Assembly (NCBI GenBank): GCA_049274755.1
Contig: JBASTF010000206.1
Location: 22,682-86,681 of the forward strand
Direction: 5' to 3'
Origin: Rubrivivax sp.
GTDB taxonomy: Bacteria > Pseudomonadota > Gammaproteobacteria > Burkholderiales > Burkholderiaceae_C
DNA length: 64,000 nucleotides
Shown piece after piece: positions 10,501 through 18,199 of this stretch (position 1 is its first letter; every line of letters starts with the position of its first letter). The position numbers were made by a program, and so were the translations under genes. The notes under the pieces are model-generated. The model saw only the letters and a program-made list of their open reading frames with translations, made no database searches and was not told the DNA's origin.

Positions 10501-10574
10501 CTCCAACGCCGGCCGGCGGGTGTGATCTCGCCGCCCGTCCGAGCGGAGTCCCAATCCCGTCGTCAATACCGTGA
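4572..10574 (+). CDS. Giant (2000 aa) protein with a C-proximal tyrosine-recombinase catalytic domain and an upstream degenerate integrase-like segment
   Basis: ORF frame 4296..10574, trimmed to ATG 4572, which overlaps the upstream stop. Nt ~9010-9600 encode 'GTRPTEWLGLRLVDV' (Arg I), 'LKSANAERRVPV' (Lys), 'VYSLRHSFCTW' (HxxR) and 'LMGHMSPAVTLAHYTHL' (His + Tyr nucleophile). Nt ~7050-7160 encode 'FSRGYLRTELLQSGCPPQAIDALLGHHSFGENPSARYSS', an integrase-C-end-like segment. The rest was not recognised. Confidence 0.8.
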   Translation: MKLNALPALADSLVYQALVHDVRDHDLDTEALDTLLWLLGAHPQLVAHARVFENLRTLLSLPMLADMHLSWASNWTASLPAIRELLVWFSAEKSRLAEIQPLAPLFAAPTNKAEHPLVGQHVDRHPVAAALWSRAAQEFAAEYLELQGHVLVIYAEARRRAAAQRADFFTYAGAREFAPSPMNGGPLGRAVRELAKPELAPALIQLPRAHSTRQFANLLKTFTADFREVDSTSKSRMDDALASIKAHFANLENMLKREGLHARTRKAGQRSGSTGRQGYAPYASGSPILLMNPGSTNEAGGLITVATVLDPSPEDDDQVLEASGLCPLEVIEPLLHLYEYEELAAKTSSLNLQQATMESHAQAMRYSTDHASAADVKALCLLANGAEQTARHAARGERASAQQVWKGGLLAMQMLTLGWELERARALIVEYIDDLTADAIDRLLSRPIDRPRLLAHHASDAETPRVVGYLIPGLAPTYKTDLTPATAAIGRLRHEALLLPDATGVGQRALALALAEGRASKTGDSLFGMEPKTAKAAVSLFMDQVQRQLQPPDSMAKRSVLTLGKIAGAIPAAILSKCGDQVPAWIICWQTTKANEARLFYSQFSVGQLQQLYLSALRRLMPPGQVSSVVATPLGRSESPLDASSATRVLGARFVARHDAVLSLVERLQAAVSTGPDLQKISEITRYHNNYVLYTWLLQTMRTSLRAITSPTALLHAVERMALATGPFDRPQVVYTAISDKSGGLEDRARLVALQGDLLDQLDHFRAHTAVVLGRLEIAADWGNSSAECQRLFWLDSNIRPKPVTPAWLEDSLAALGFPAPANFSRGYLRTELLQSGCPPQAIDALLGHHSFGENPSARYSSLDWPLQMRVVSTHLDKVLGDLGLRALRSHLLPAAVDPVSAPWRLPPADLKALPLPPTRITRKLPESTQDFDTAAAHELWTAVSQQSTEQTRRQAPALLAFLRDADNPGAKALLCCDGRHVADAARTESARQLEALVLEQYAKRRVTRLNVMHWLRMLHSAERRMRAAGHLMVLTRLAYVRAETPSVFGSQNTWTLPAFHAWRAALERWVRELPSRRAARQQHPLTWCAAVVLSAITGAMMLDRTLLRHWLLTLSGEGDRALATANGHGCLHVNLPSTLPGGTQSRACFLDPLTELLVLRLPSLPHAIGLSELRQPMRDLLLGEGVPQAWIPRSWSPVLRAARTYWSTQAPQFVVQAANRGFATDALRMDCWSRLFQHELLLLPLPGRLAAEEPSDDGVGAAGDLEGTAVAGSLEEGDHETDPLPEDAIAAHPWLADLSHALDTDDLPSAMAKLSQELTKFEGHPTAQRYATWLIDNLTQTPGTEDSRTPRGVSRNLLRLVPRLLIEFGDTWPGDLLADERDRRMQLLLDAESALDGRREMSAMLATLLPGNDAHRAGGPNWFDDLDLDGEDGPRVDARIVSIDALVRALALARSGIEPFIAPDEREIVEVAMMLAGRTGTRPTEWLGLRLVDVSDQKGLELLIRPHPERPLKSANAERRVPVSALLGAGERRQLRAWMARRRDEVAHLPLDQQQRAPLFHLDKWQTTAVRVQRLTTLITRLLRQASGDPLVRVYSLRHSFCTWTCLALTAPESQPLLHFLRDLPLTRAWIGRGLVLRRQLLPGKIGPERRCLHALSRLMGHMSPAVTLAHYTHLVDLLQFDAVSRTSAKVEAAVLVAASCLPASTAYERIARSVQSLVKATRAYVGAAPAATQPAVRVHDPLGMGSPHWSADKVRSVLNAWLTSAQPPSRIATHFGVTEADVCRMADAAAELGLLLGEPLRSSVLDSVRATCCPPIGRLNDAQRRTRDDLFDRAIRVWRANPALADQGVRLHLQNIDQGMNDVVFTDATSLKTYLSFLDACSVAPRAVKICLRRTADTDVELPEWAKGYLGPYSECAVHVIRPRSLDSVEGYFRWIGLKIFDEEGRGSGVWLSRAWFYSAVVGRNFLTGRGTPHSPTPAGGCDLAARPSGVPIPSSIP

Positions 10575-10701
10575 CAGCCTAGCCAGACCGCCGGAATTGC
10601 GTTCACAACTGAGTTGCAAACGGCCGTCCGTGATCACGCGATGACGCGATGCTGCGAAGCAGCAGGGGTTGGGCAGCCGATTGCAGTTCGTTGATGAACG
10701 A

Positions 10702-11322
10702 TTACCTCGGAAGGTCCCGTAGCGACCAAAGATTGGCGCATCGAACCCTATTCCGATCGAACAGGTCCAGGACATGGGTCTCGACGATGCCTGCCAAGGC
10801 AGCTTCCGCCAGGTTGCTTCGGACGACGTAACCAGAAATGCTGGCCAACAAGTCACTTCTGTTCGCGTTCCAGACCTTTTTCATGCAGCACGACGTGTCC
10901 ATTTCGCAGCCCAGGCCGCTGGTCAGATCGCATACATCCAGCGCACCAAGCTCTCTGAAGAGACCGTAGAAGAAAGTCAGAACTGACATCTGAAGCTCTG
11001 CCGCTCTTTCGTACATGGCCTCGATCTCTTGTGTGCCAATCTCGAGGAGAACTGAGTTCGGACCGACACGATTCAGAGCGACATCCTCAAGATCCACGAA
11101 CACAACGCCCGCGTACTTCAACGCGGGAAGGGCTTCATCCGGTAGCCTTTCGATCTGCCGCAGCACTTCAGCATCAAGGCTCGGCTTTCTGCGCAGCACC
11201 CAGCGGTCAATGTCGTCGGCAGGCGGGTTGTTCATGTTCCAGAAGCTCCTCACGGCTTGTGCTACAGACGCCTGCTTTGTCTCCTGGCGTCCACCCTCCC
11301 AATCTAAGCCCTCTTTGTCCAT
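10702..11322 (-). CDS. Hypothetical protein (206 aa)
   Basis: ORF 10702..11322(-). Codon usage is less GC3-biased than in the neighbouring genes. No motif was recognised. Confidence 0.5.
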   Translation of the reverse strand: MDKEGLDWEGGRQETKQASVAQAVRSFWNMNNPPADDIDRWVLRRKPSLDAEVLRQIERLPDEALPALKYAGVVFVDLEDVALNRVGPNSVLLEIGTQEIEAMYERAAELQMSVLTFFYGLFRELGALDVCDLTSGLGCEMDTSCCMKKVWNANRSDLLASISGYVVRSNLAEAALAGIVETHVLDLFDRNRVRCANLWSLRDLPR

Positions 11323-11839
11323 AACAGGTCAGTAGGTTGGTGGTCGAAGTTTCTCGTCGGCACCCGACCCGGAAAGATCGATCTTCACGCGGGCGTTCGC
11401 TCCCACGCTCGAACGGGTGCGCATCAGTTCCATAGCTTTCACCGCTGGAACCCGAACCTTCACCAGTCACTGTTGAACTGAGTTCAGGCCGGGCTGGACG
11501 CAACCGTCGACGCGTACGGCGCACCGCCCGAGTTGCTGATTTCGCCGTCAATTGGGGCCGTGCAGCTCGCTCGACGCGATGCCGGCAACCTGAACCACGC
11601 CGAGTCGCGGGCAACTCGCCGACGGTGGCGGTTGCTTGCCGCCTGCCCGCGAACTCACGCTCACCAGCATCAAGCTGTCGTTCAAGGCTGAATTCTGCTT
11701 TCTGCTTCGACGATTACCGGTCGTCGCAGACAACCCAATCACGAAAGCCCTTCTTCAAGGTTGGTGCGATCAGCAGCGGATGTCGAAACGGATGTCATCA
11801 GCCTGCAGCGAGCCCAGGCCCTTCCGGGCTCAAGACTCC

Positions 11840-12163
11840 TTACCGCTTCAACTGATCAAGCTTGCGTTCGATCTTGCTCCAGGCCTCGGCATCGGGCAGT
11901 GCGAGCTTCGTCTTTGTGATGGGCTGCCATTCGCGCGCCAGCTCGGCATTCAACGGCGTGAAGTGCTGCTGGCTGGCCGGGACATCTTCATCGGCGTAGA
12001 TGGCGTTCACCGGGCACTCGGGCACGCAGACTGCGCAGTCGATGCAGTCGTCTGGGTCGATGACGAGAAAATTCGGGCCTTCACGGAACGCGTCGACTGG
12101 GCACACGTCCACGCATTCCGTGTACTTGCAGCGGATGCATGCCTCGGTGACGACGAAGGTCAT
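11840..12163 (-). CDS. fdxA: 7Fe ferredoxin (ferredoxin I type)
   Basis: '[55 protein letters not shown]' shows the classic [3Fe-4S][4Fe-4S] cysteine pattern. Confidence 0.95.
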   Translation of the reverse strand: MTFVVTEACIRCKYTECVDVCPVDAFREGPNFLVIDPDDCIDCAVCVPECPVNAIYADEDVPASQQHFTPLNAELAREWQPITKTKLALPDAEAWSKIERKLDQLKR

Positions 12164-12184
12164 GACGTGCAGCGACGCGCCCGC

Positions 12185-12541
12185 TCAGCCGCAGCAGGCG
12201 CCGCCCGAGCAGCACGAGCCGCCCTTTGCGCGAGCCGACGTCGCCGTTGCGGCTGCAATGCGGGTGATCTCGATGCGCCAGACAGCCGGGCCGGCTTCCA
12301 GCACCGACCACTTGAACTGCCCGTCCGCGCAGTCGTCGAACTGGTAGTACAAGGGCTGCGGGTTGTGGTCGTTCACCAGCTGCAGCGACCCTCCGATCGC
12401 CAAAGCATCGAAGTGGCCAAAGATCAGCGGGTGGCGCTCGCGCGGCGCCATGGTGCGCAGGTCCAGTTCAAGGGTGGTTGGCGTCAGGGTTGCGGTCATG
12501 AGAGTCTTTCGGGCGGTGTGGAGCACCTGGGCGCGCGACAT
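12185..12541 (-). CDS. DUF2249-like small protein with a Cys-rich C-terminal tail
   Basis: 'LDLRTMAPRERHPLIFGHFDALAIGGSLQLVNDHNPQPLYYQF' is DUF2249-type and commonly sits next to nnrS or hemerythrin genes. The tail is 'GGSCCSGGACCG'. ATG 12499 is an alternative start. Confidence 0.7.
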   Translation of the reverse strand: MSRAQVLHTARKTLMTATLTPTTLELDLRTMAPRERHPLIFGHFDALAIGGSLQLVNDHNPQPLYYQFDDCADGQFKWSVLEAGPAVWRIEITRIAAATATSARAKGGSCCSGGACCG

Positions 12542-12614
12542 CGAACGCCTGCGGTGCGGGCGGGGAACTGAAGATCCAGGCGGGGGTGGGCGAACGAAGG
12601 GCGACCGAGCGGCA

Positions 12615-13832
12615 CTAACCGTCCTTGCCGTCCAGCCGGCTGCTCAGCAGCCATGGCAGGTATCGCCACAGGTAGAACGCAAAGGCCATCGACCAGGCCG
12701 CCGCCGCCACCGTCAGCCATGCAGCGATGTGCGCTGGCGCCACCAAGGGCAGCAGCACCCGGGCGACAGCGGCACCGGTGACGAGCCAGTAAGCGGCAAC
12801 CTCGAGCCGAGACACCGTGAGTGCACGGCCCGTGTGGCCCCTGGCCGTGCGGGTGACCATGCCGATGATGAGCCCCGCCGTGGCGCCCACCGCCAAGGCA
12901 TGGATGCCGGCCGAAGCCGCCACACCACCCACTTGTGCGGCGGCGAGCAGCCCGAAGCCGATGGGCAGCCAGGCGTAGGCGGCATGCAGCACCCACAGGA
13001 TGGGCCGTGCCCGGGTGCGCCACGGCTGCCAGTGCCACAGACGCGCGGCATGCAGCAGCGCCGAAGCCGCCAGGCCGGTGGCGGTGAACAAGTTCGCGGG
13101 CAGCAGCACCCAGGCGGTCAAGGACAAGGCCGTCACCACCAGCGTGCTGCGCTCCAGCCCAAGCGGCACCTTCAACTGCTTGCCCGGCAAGGCGGACATG
13201 GTGAACGCCGGGATCACCCGCCCCGCGATCACGCATTCGATCATCACCACCAGCGCCAACCCGGCGTGCAAAGCGCGCAGCGGAGCGATGTCCAGCCAAC
13301 CCATCGCCGCCGCGTGGAAGGCGAGGTTGGCGGTGGCCAGCAGCAGCAGGATGGCGACGAGCGGCAGGTTGCGCCGGTTGCCGGCCTTCCACAGCACGCG
13401 GGCCAGAACGAAGGCCACCCAAGGCAGCAAGACCATGTCCAGCGCGGCGTACAGCGGATAGGGCGCCCACACAGCCGACAGCCGTGCCGCCAGCCATAGC
13501 CCCGCCATCGCAGCCAGAGTGGTGCCACGCGGGGTGGCCAGGCCCGTCCAGGCCTTGCCGGCCGTGAGCAGGAAGCCGACGATCACCGCCCCGGCAAAGC
13601 CGAACAGCATTTCGTGCGCGTGCCACAACAGCGGCGGCATCGTCGAGGGCAGTGCCAGCCAGCCCAGGAGACCCGCCACCCAATACGGCACCGCCAACAG
13701 CGCAAACCAGGCGGCACCCAGGTAGAAGGGGCGAAAGCCCAGGCGGAACAGCGGCCAGCCCGGCAGCGGAAAGTGCTCGCTCGACCTTGGACCGGCTTCC
13801 AGACCCGGTGACTTGATTGAAAGATGCAGCAT
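12615..13832 (-). CDS. nnrS: NnrS family membrane protein (NO-response, haem/copper)
   Basis: 405 aa and polytopic. It has the N-terminal 'FRLGFRPFYLGAAWFALLAVPYW' signature, and nsrR lies divergently adjacent. Confidence 0.9.
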   Translation of the reverse strand: MLHLSIKSPGLEAGPRSSEHFPLPGWPLFRLGFRPFYLGAAWFALLAVPYWVAGLLGWLALPSTMPPLLWHAHEMLFGFAGAVIVGFLLTAGKAWTGLATPRGTTLAAMAGLWLAARLSAVWAPYPLYAALDMVLLPWVAFVLARVLWKAGNRRNLPLVAILLLLATANLAFHAAAMGWLDIAPLRALHAGLALVVMIECVIAGRVIPAFTMSALPGKQLKVPLGLERSTLVVTALSLTAWVLLPANLFTATGLAASALLHAARLWHWQPWRTRARPILWVLHAAYAWLPIGFGLLAAAQVGGVAASAGIHALAVGATAGLIIGMVTRTARGHTGRALTVSRLEVAAYWLVTGAAVARVLLPLVAPAHIAAWLTVAAAAWSMAFAFYLWRYLPWLLSSRLDGKDG

Positions 13833-13887
13833 GCGCGCATGTTAAAGACTCGCCCGCCTTAAAGCAATACACTTCATGCATCTTTAA
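13821..13887. promoter_or_regulatory. Candidate NsrR operator(s) in the nnrS/nsrR divergent region
   Basis: AAGATGC-N9-GCATGTT (13821-13843) is an imperfect inverted repeat resembling the AAGATGCATTT half-site and overlaps the nnrS start. 'TTAAAGcaatacacttcATGCATCTTTAA' (13859-13887) has a good right half-site. Confidence 0.35.
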
Positions 13888-13895
13888 GGATCGCC

Positions 13896-14429
13896 ATGCG
13901 TCTGTCCGAGTACACCGACTACACCCTGCGCGTGCTGATGTACTGCGCCACCCACCGCGACCGGCTCGTCACGATTGGCGAGCTGGCCGAGCAGCACGGG
14001 TTGTCGAAGAACCACCTGATGAAGGTCGTCAACGACCTGGCCCGCGAGGGCCTGCTGGAAACCACCCGCGGCCGCGGCGGTGGCCTGCGGCTGCTGGCCG
14101 AGCCCGGGTCCATCCGCATCGGCGACGTGGTGCGCGCCACCGAAACCGACTTCCGGCTGGTGGAGTGTTTCGACGCCAGCACCAACGCCTGCACGCTCAC
14201 CCCGAGTTGCCGGCTCAAGCACCTGTTCGACGATGCGCTGAAGGGCTACTTCAAGGCGCTGGACGGCGCCACGCTGGCGGACATGACGCACGGGCTGGCA
14301 CTGCCCAAGGTGGCCATCAGCGCTTTGCCGTCCGGCCGCCAGCTGCCTGCTGTGGTGGCTGTGAAGGTGTCCACGAAAGCGGCTGCAGCGACACCGCGGC
14401 GCCCGGTGCGCCCAGGCCGCGGCACTTGA
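13896..14429 (+). CDS. nsrR: Rrf2-family NO-sensing repressor NsrR
   Basis: 'MRLSEYTDYTLRVLMYCA...IGELAEQHGLSKNHLMKVVNDLAREGLLETTRGRGGGLRL', with the three-Cys cluster region 'ECFDASTNACTLTPSC'. Confidence 0.9.
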   Translation: MRLSEYTDYTLRVLMYCATHRDRLVTIGELAEQHGLSKNHLMKVVNDLAREGLLETTRGRGGGLRLLAEPGSIRIGDVVRATETDFRLVECFDASTNACTLTPSCRLKHLFDDALKGYFKALDGATLADMTHGLALPKVAISALPSGRQLPAVVAVKVSTKAAAATPRRPVRPGRGT

Positions 14430-14452
14430 ACCCAGGCAGGAGCACAGTCCCC

Positions 14453-15016
14453 ATGGCCCTCACCCTGCCCGGCCACAGCGCCCCTGCCGTCGGCTTCGAA
14501 GTGCCCCTGGAAATGCTGGCTGCCTGCCACGGGCGCGTGCAGCACCAGTGCGAGACCCTGCTGCGGCTGGTTGCCCATGTGCAGGGCCATGGTGCAGACC
14601 GCCCTGCGCAGGAGGCCGCGGCAGCCGTCATGCGCTACTTCGACACCGCCGCGCGCCACCATCACGACGACGAGGAGCAGGACTTGTTCCCCGCCCTGCT
14701 GGAGTCGATGGCCGGCTCGGACGCGGTTTGCCTGCGCGAACTGACCGCCTCGCTCTGCAGCGACCACCGCCAACTGGAACAGCGCTGGGCCGCCCTGCGG
14801 GAGCGGCTATCGCAAGTCACTCATGGCGCTGCGTCAGCGCTGGCAGCCGCGGACGTCCCAGGCTTCGTGCAGTTGTATGAACAGCACATCGCTCGCGAGG
14901 AAGCCGAGTTGCTGCCGATGGCTGCACGCTTGCTCAGCGAAGCCGAACTGGACCGCATCGGCCTGGCCATGCGGTCACGGCGCGGCGTGACCGAACCCAG
15001 CGTTCCTCAGGCCTGA
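14453..15016 (+). CDS. Hemerythrin (HHE cation-binding) domain protein
   Basis: These are the last 187 aa of ORF 13817..15016, starting at ATG 14453 just after nsrR. 'HHHDDEEQDLFPALL' and 'EQHIAREEAELLP' are His/Glu di-iron ligand patterns. Confidence 0.8.
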   Translation: MALTLPGHSAPAVGFEVPLEMLAACHGRVQHQCETLLRLVAHVQGHGADRPAQEAAAAVMRYFDTAARHHHDDEEQDLFPALLESMAGSDAVCLRELTASLCSDHRQLEQRWAALRERLSQVTHGAASALAAADVPGFVQLYEQHIAREEAELLPMAARLLSEAELDRIGLAMRSRRGVTEPSVPQA

Positions 15017-15588
15017 GGTACCTGCCAGTTGCTGAGGGCTGGCGACGCTGCCGTACCCGCCTTGGGATGCGCCGCCCGGGTGGGCCGGCCGGCGATGACC
15101 CAGTTCGCCAACTGTTCCCCCGGCCCGCAGAACGCGGTGTGCACGGCTGGGTCGGACACCGATGCACCACTCAGCGCCTTGGCGCCGAAGCCCATCAGGT
15201 GCAGGGCGTTCATGAAGTTCATCAGCGCCGCACCCACGCACAGCCACTGTTCGTGAGGTGGCACGTCTGGCACGTCGTCACGCACACGCGCCACCAGCGC
15301 AGCCAGCGCAGGCCCGTTGTAAGCCCGTGCACGGGCACGCTCGACCTCGTCTGGTGCCTGCCCCCGCTGTTGCGCGCCTGCGGCGAACAGCGCGGCGAGG
15401 TCCGAGCGCTCTGCATCACCCACCACGACAAAGCGAAACGGACGCAAACCGCCATGATCGGGCGCCCGCAAAGCCAGGGCGGCGGCCTGGGCCCACTGCG
15501 CGGCGTTCGGGCCGGGCAGTGCCAGGTACTTCGGGCCCACGGAGTAGCGCTGCCCGAGCAACGCCAGCAGTTCTTCCTCGGCACTCAC
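15007..15588 (-). CDS. Nitroreductase-family protein
   Basis: 193 aa. 'RYSVGPKYLALPGP', 'APDHGGLRPFRFVVV' and 'LMNFMNALHLMGFGAKALSG' are typical of NAD(P)H-flavin nitroreductase-fold proteins. Confidence 0.8.
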   Translation of the reverse strand: MSAEEELLALLGQRYSVGPKYLALPGPNAAQWAQAAALALRAPDHGGLRPFRFVVVGDAERSDLAALFAAGAQQRGQAPDEVERARARAYNGPALAALVARVRDDVPDVPPHEQWLCVGAALMNFMNALHLMGFGAKALSGASVSDPAVHTAFCGPGEQLANWVIAGRPTRAAHPKAGTAASPALSNWQVPQA

Positions 15589-16256
15589 CCTGACCGCCCT
15601 GCCATGTAAACGGCCGCCTGCACCCGCGAGCTGAGGTTCAGCTTGCGCAGGATGTGCTGCACGTGGATCTTCACCGTGGCTTCTGCGATGTTCAGGTCGC
15701 GCGCCACTTCCTTGTTGCTGGCGCCCTTGGCAATCAAGGCCAGGATCTCGCGCTCGCGCGGCGACAGGCTGTGGATGGGGTCCGTGTCGACAGCGGGCGG
15801 CGGCGGCGAAGCCGTGCCCTGCTCGGCCTGGAAGGCGCTCACCAGCTTGCTCGTCATCTCTGGGCTGACGACGGATACACCGGCCATCGTCTGCTGGATG
15901 GCGGTGGCCAGCATCTCGCTGTCCATGGTCTTGAGCAGGTAGCCGCGGGCGCCGCCGCGCAGGGCGGCGGCGAGGTCGCGCTCGTCTTCGCTGACGGTGA
16001 GCATCAGCACTCGGGCTTGCGGCGCCACGGCCTTGAAACCGGCCAGCGCGTCGACCCCATTCACGCCCGGCATGTGGTTGTCCAGCAGGATGACGTCAGG
16101 CTGCGTCTGCGCGGCCCGCTGGTGCGCCTCGTTGGCGTCGCCGGCTTCGGCCACCACCTGGAAACGCGCGTCGCCTGCCAGCAGCGCAATCAAGCCGCGG
16201 CGGAACAGCGTGTGGTCGTCGACCACCAGCACGCGGATGACGGCCGCGGCCGTCAT
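15585..16256 (-). CDS. narL: Nitrate/nitrite response regulator NarL (REC + LuxR HTH)
   Basis: 'IRVLVVDDHTLFRRGL', 'DVILLDNHMPGVNG' and 'LSPREREILALIAKGASNKEVARDLNIAEATVKIHVQHILRKL'. The gene overlaps the narX stop. Confidence 0.9.
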   Translation of the reverse strand: MTAAAVIRVLVVDDHTLFRRGLIALLAGDARFQVVAEAGDANEAHQRAAQTQPDVILLDNHMPGVNGVDALAGFKAVAPQARVLMLTVSEDERDLAAALRGGARGYLLKTMDSEMLATAIQQTMAGVSVVSPEMTSKLVSAFQAEQGTASPPPPAVDTDPIHSLSPREREILALIAKGASNKEVARDLNIAEATVKIHVQHILRKLNLSSRVQAAVYMAGRSG

Positions 16257-18199
16257 GCAGCCAGCCCCACGCGTTCCGGCAACTTCAGCACGACACAGGT
16301 GCCAGAGCCCGGCACCGAAGCCACTTCCACCGTGGCGCCGATGTTCTGCGCCCGCTCGCGCATGATGCGCAGGCCGACATGGGTTTCATCGGGGCCGGCG
16401 CCCGTGGTGTCGAAGCCGCAGCCGTCGTCGCGCACTTCCACGCGCCAATGCGGCGTCTGCTGCACTTCCACCCAGACTTCGCGCGCATGCGCGTGCTTGC
16501 GCACGTTGGACAGGGCTTCCTGCACCACATGCAGCACCTGCACCTGAACGTCGGCCGGCAGTGGCATGCCCTCGCCTTCGATCTCCAGGTGCGTGGCCAA
16601 GCCGGTCTGGTGCTCGAACTTCTGCAGCGTGGTCTTCAAGGCCGGCGCGATATCTTCGTTGTTCGTACGCGTGCGGAAGTGCACCAGCAGCTCACGCACG
16701 TCGCCCATGCTCTCGTGAACGCCGGCGTCCAGTTCGCCCAGGGTCTTGTCGATGCGCGCAGCATCGGCGCTCTTGATGTCGTTTCGCAAGAGGCCGAGCT
16801 GGATCTTCAGAAAGGCCAGGCTCTGCGCGATCGAATCGTGCAGTTCCCGCGCGATGAAGCTGCGCTCCTCGGCCACTGCGGTTTCGCGCTGCAGCGCGGC
16901 GGCACGCAGGCTCTCAATGGCACCCGCAAGATGGCTGGCGATGGTCTCCAGCAGGGCGCGGTCGTCATCAGACAGGGTCCGGGGCTCGCGATAGAACAGG
17001 TTGAGCTCACCCACCATGCGCTCGTGCAAGCGCACCGGCACGCTGATGACGGTCTGGAAGCCTTCGCGGGCACAGTGCCCCAGGCGTGCTGCCGGGCCGT
17101 CGGACACGATGGGGATCACGCGCGTCGCGGCGCCACCTTGGGGCTGGCCACACAGGCAGTCGCCCGTCGGAATGCAAAGCTCTTCGTCGATCACCGCCTG
17201 CGGCAGGCAGTCAGACGCCAGCAGCAGGTACTTGCGATTGGCCTCGTCCGACCAGCGCACGGCCGAGGCGTCGGCGCGGGCTACATGGCGCACCTGTCGT
17301 GCGATGCCCTGCGCCAGGGACTCCAGCGTCTCGGCGCGCGCCACGAAGGCTGCTGACTCGTAGAGCGCAGCCAAACGCGACCGCTCGGCTTCCAGATGCT
17401 CGGTCTTTTCCTTCACCTTCGATTCAAGGTTCTGGTACAGGCCCTGCAGGGTGGTCGCCATGCGGTTGAAACCGGCCGCGAGCGCGCCGAATTCGTCGTC
17501 TGCGCCCGGTTCAACGCGCGCGCCCAGATCACCCCCCTCCACGCGGGCCAGGCCGGCCTGCAACCGGGACAGCGGATTGAAGATGAACAGGTAGGCCGAA
17601 TAGAGCAAGGCAATGGCGCTGCCGATGGTCAGCGCCACCATCACGAACTGGACGGCGTTCAGGATGGCCGTGAGGCGTGACAGGTGCTGCTCGATGGCGG
17701 TGACGAAGGCATCGACGCGGGCCACGAAGGCATCGGCCTGCTGCGCAGCGCGTTGCGCATCCGGAGAGGGCAAGGCGGTCCACTGGACCTTGAGACTGGA
17801 CCAGTCGCGCTGCACGGCCTCGAATGCCTGCAGCGATCCCGGATCGTGCGGCACGAGCAGCGGGCGGGCGGGGTCGCCCTCACGCAACAGTTCCACGCTT
17901 TGGTCGAACTGCGACATGCGCTCGGCCAACTGCTGCGCGTCTTCTCGCGCCAACGTCTGCGCCATGCGCCAAGTCTGCATGCGCATGCGACCGGCCTCGT
18001 TGACAGCCGCTGCGCCGCCTTCAAGCTGCCAAGTCACCCACAGGGTCAGGCCGATGGAGGCAAATGCCATCACCAGCAAGGCGCTTCCAATGGCGCCTAG
18101 CTTGGCCGACAGACTCCAGGTGCGAGGCATGCGCGCACTGTACTGGAGGCCCGACAGAGGCCCCGCAGTCGTCAAGCTTGCAGTGAACTCAAGCGCCAT
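16253..18199 (-). CDS. narX: Nitrate/nitrite sensor histidine kinase NarX
   Basis: It has two TM segments, a periplasmic P-box-like region, HAMP and GAF-like regions, the H-box 'IARELHDSIAQSLAFLKIQ' and an HATPase C-terminus. The true start may be the internal 'MPRTWSL' (about 18130). Confidence 0.9.
   Translation of the reverse strand: MALEFTASLTTAGPLSGLQYSARMPRTWSLSAKLGAIGSALLVMAFASIGLTLWVTWQLEGGAAAVNEAGRMRMQTWRMAQTLAREDAQQLAERMSQFDQSVELLREGDPARPLLVPHDPGSLQAFEAVQRDWSSLKVQWTALPSPDAQRAAQQADAFVARVDAFVTAIEQHLSRLTAILNAVQFVMVALTIGSAIALLYSAYLFIFNPLSRLQAGLARVEGGDLGARVEPGADDEFGALAAGFNRMATTLQGLYQNLESKVKEKTEHLEAERSRLAALYESAAFVARAETLESLAQGIARQVRHVARADASAVRWSDEANRKYLLLASDCLPQAVIDEELCIPTGDCLCGQPQGGAATRVIPIVSDGPAARLGHCAREGFQTVISVPVRLHERMVGELNLFYREPRTLSDDDRALLETIASHLAGAIESLRAAALQRETAVAEERSFIARELHDSIAQSLAFLKIQLGLLRNDIKSADAARIDKTLGELDAGVHESMGDVRELLVHFRTRTNNEDIAPALKTTLQKFEHQTGLATHLEIEGEGMPLPADVQVQVLHVVQEALSNVRKHAHAREVWVEVQQTPHWRVEVRDDGCGFDTTGAGPDETHVGLRIMRERAQNIGATVEVASVPGSGTCVVLKLPERVGLAA

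Noticed and set aside
11810-11831. Hairpin gagccc-N10-gggctc just downstream of fdxA as a terminator
   Set aside because: It has only a 6-bp stem, a 10-nt loop and no U-tract, which is too weak to report as a feature.
11636-12571. 311-aa plus ORF
   Set aside because: It is antisense to fdxA and the DUF2249-like gene, both of which have clear signatures.
12363-13881. 378-aa plus ORF (12363..13499) and 461-aa minus alternate-frame ORF (12496..13881) over nnrS
   Set aside because: The NnrS frame (12615..13832) gives a coherent polytopic membrane protein. The others are Arg/Gly/Pro-rich.
13817-15016. 399-aa ORF spanning nsrR
   Set aside because: Its first ~210 aa overlap nsrR in another frame and are Arg/Pro/Ala-rich. 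Only the hemerythrin part from ATG 14453 is credible.
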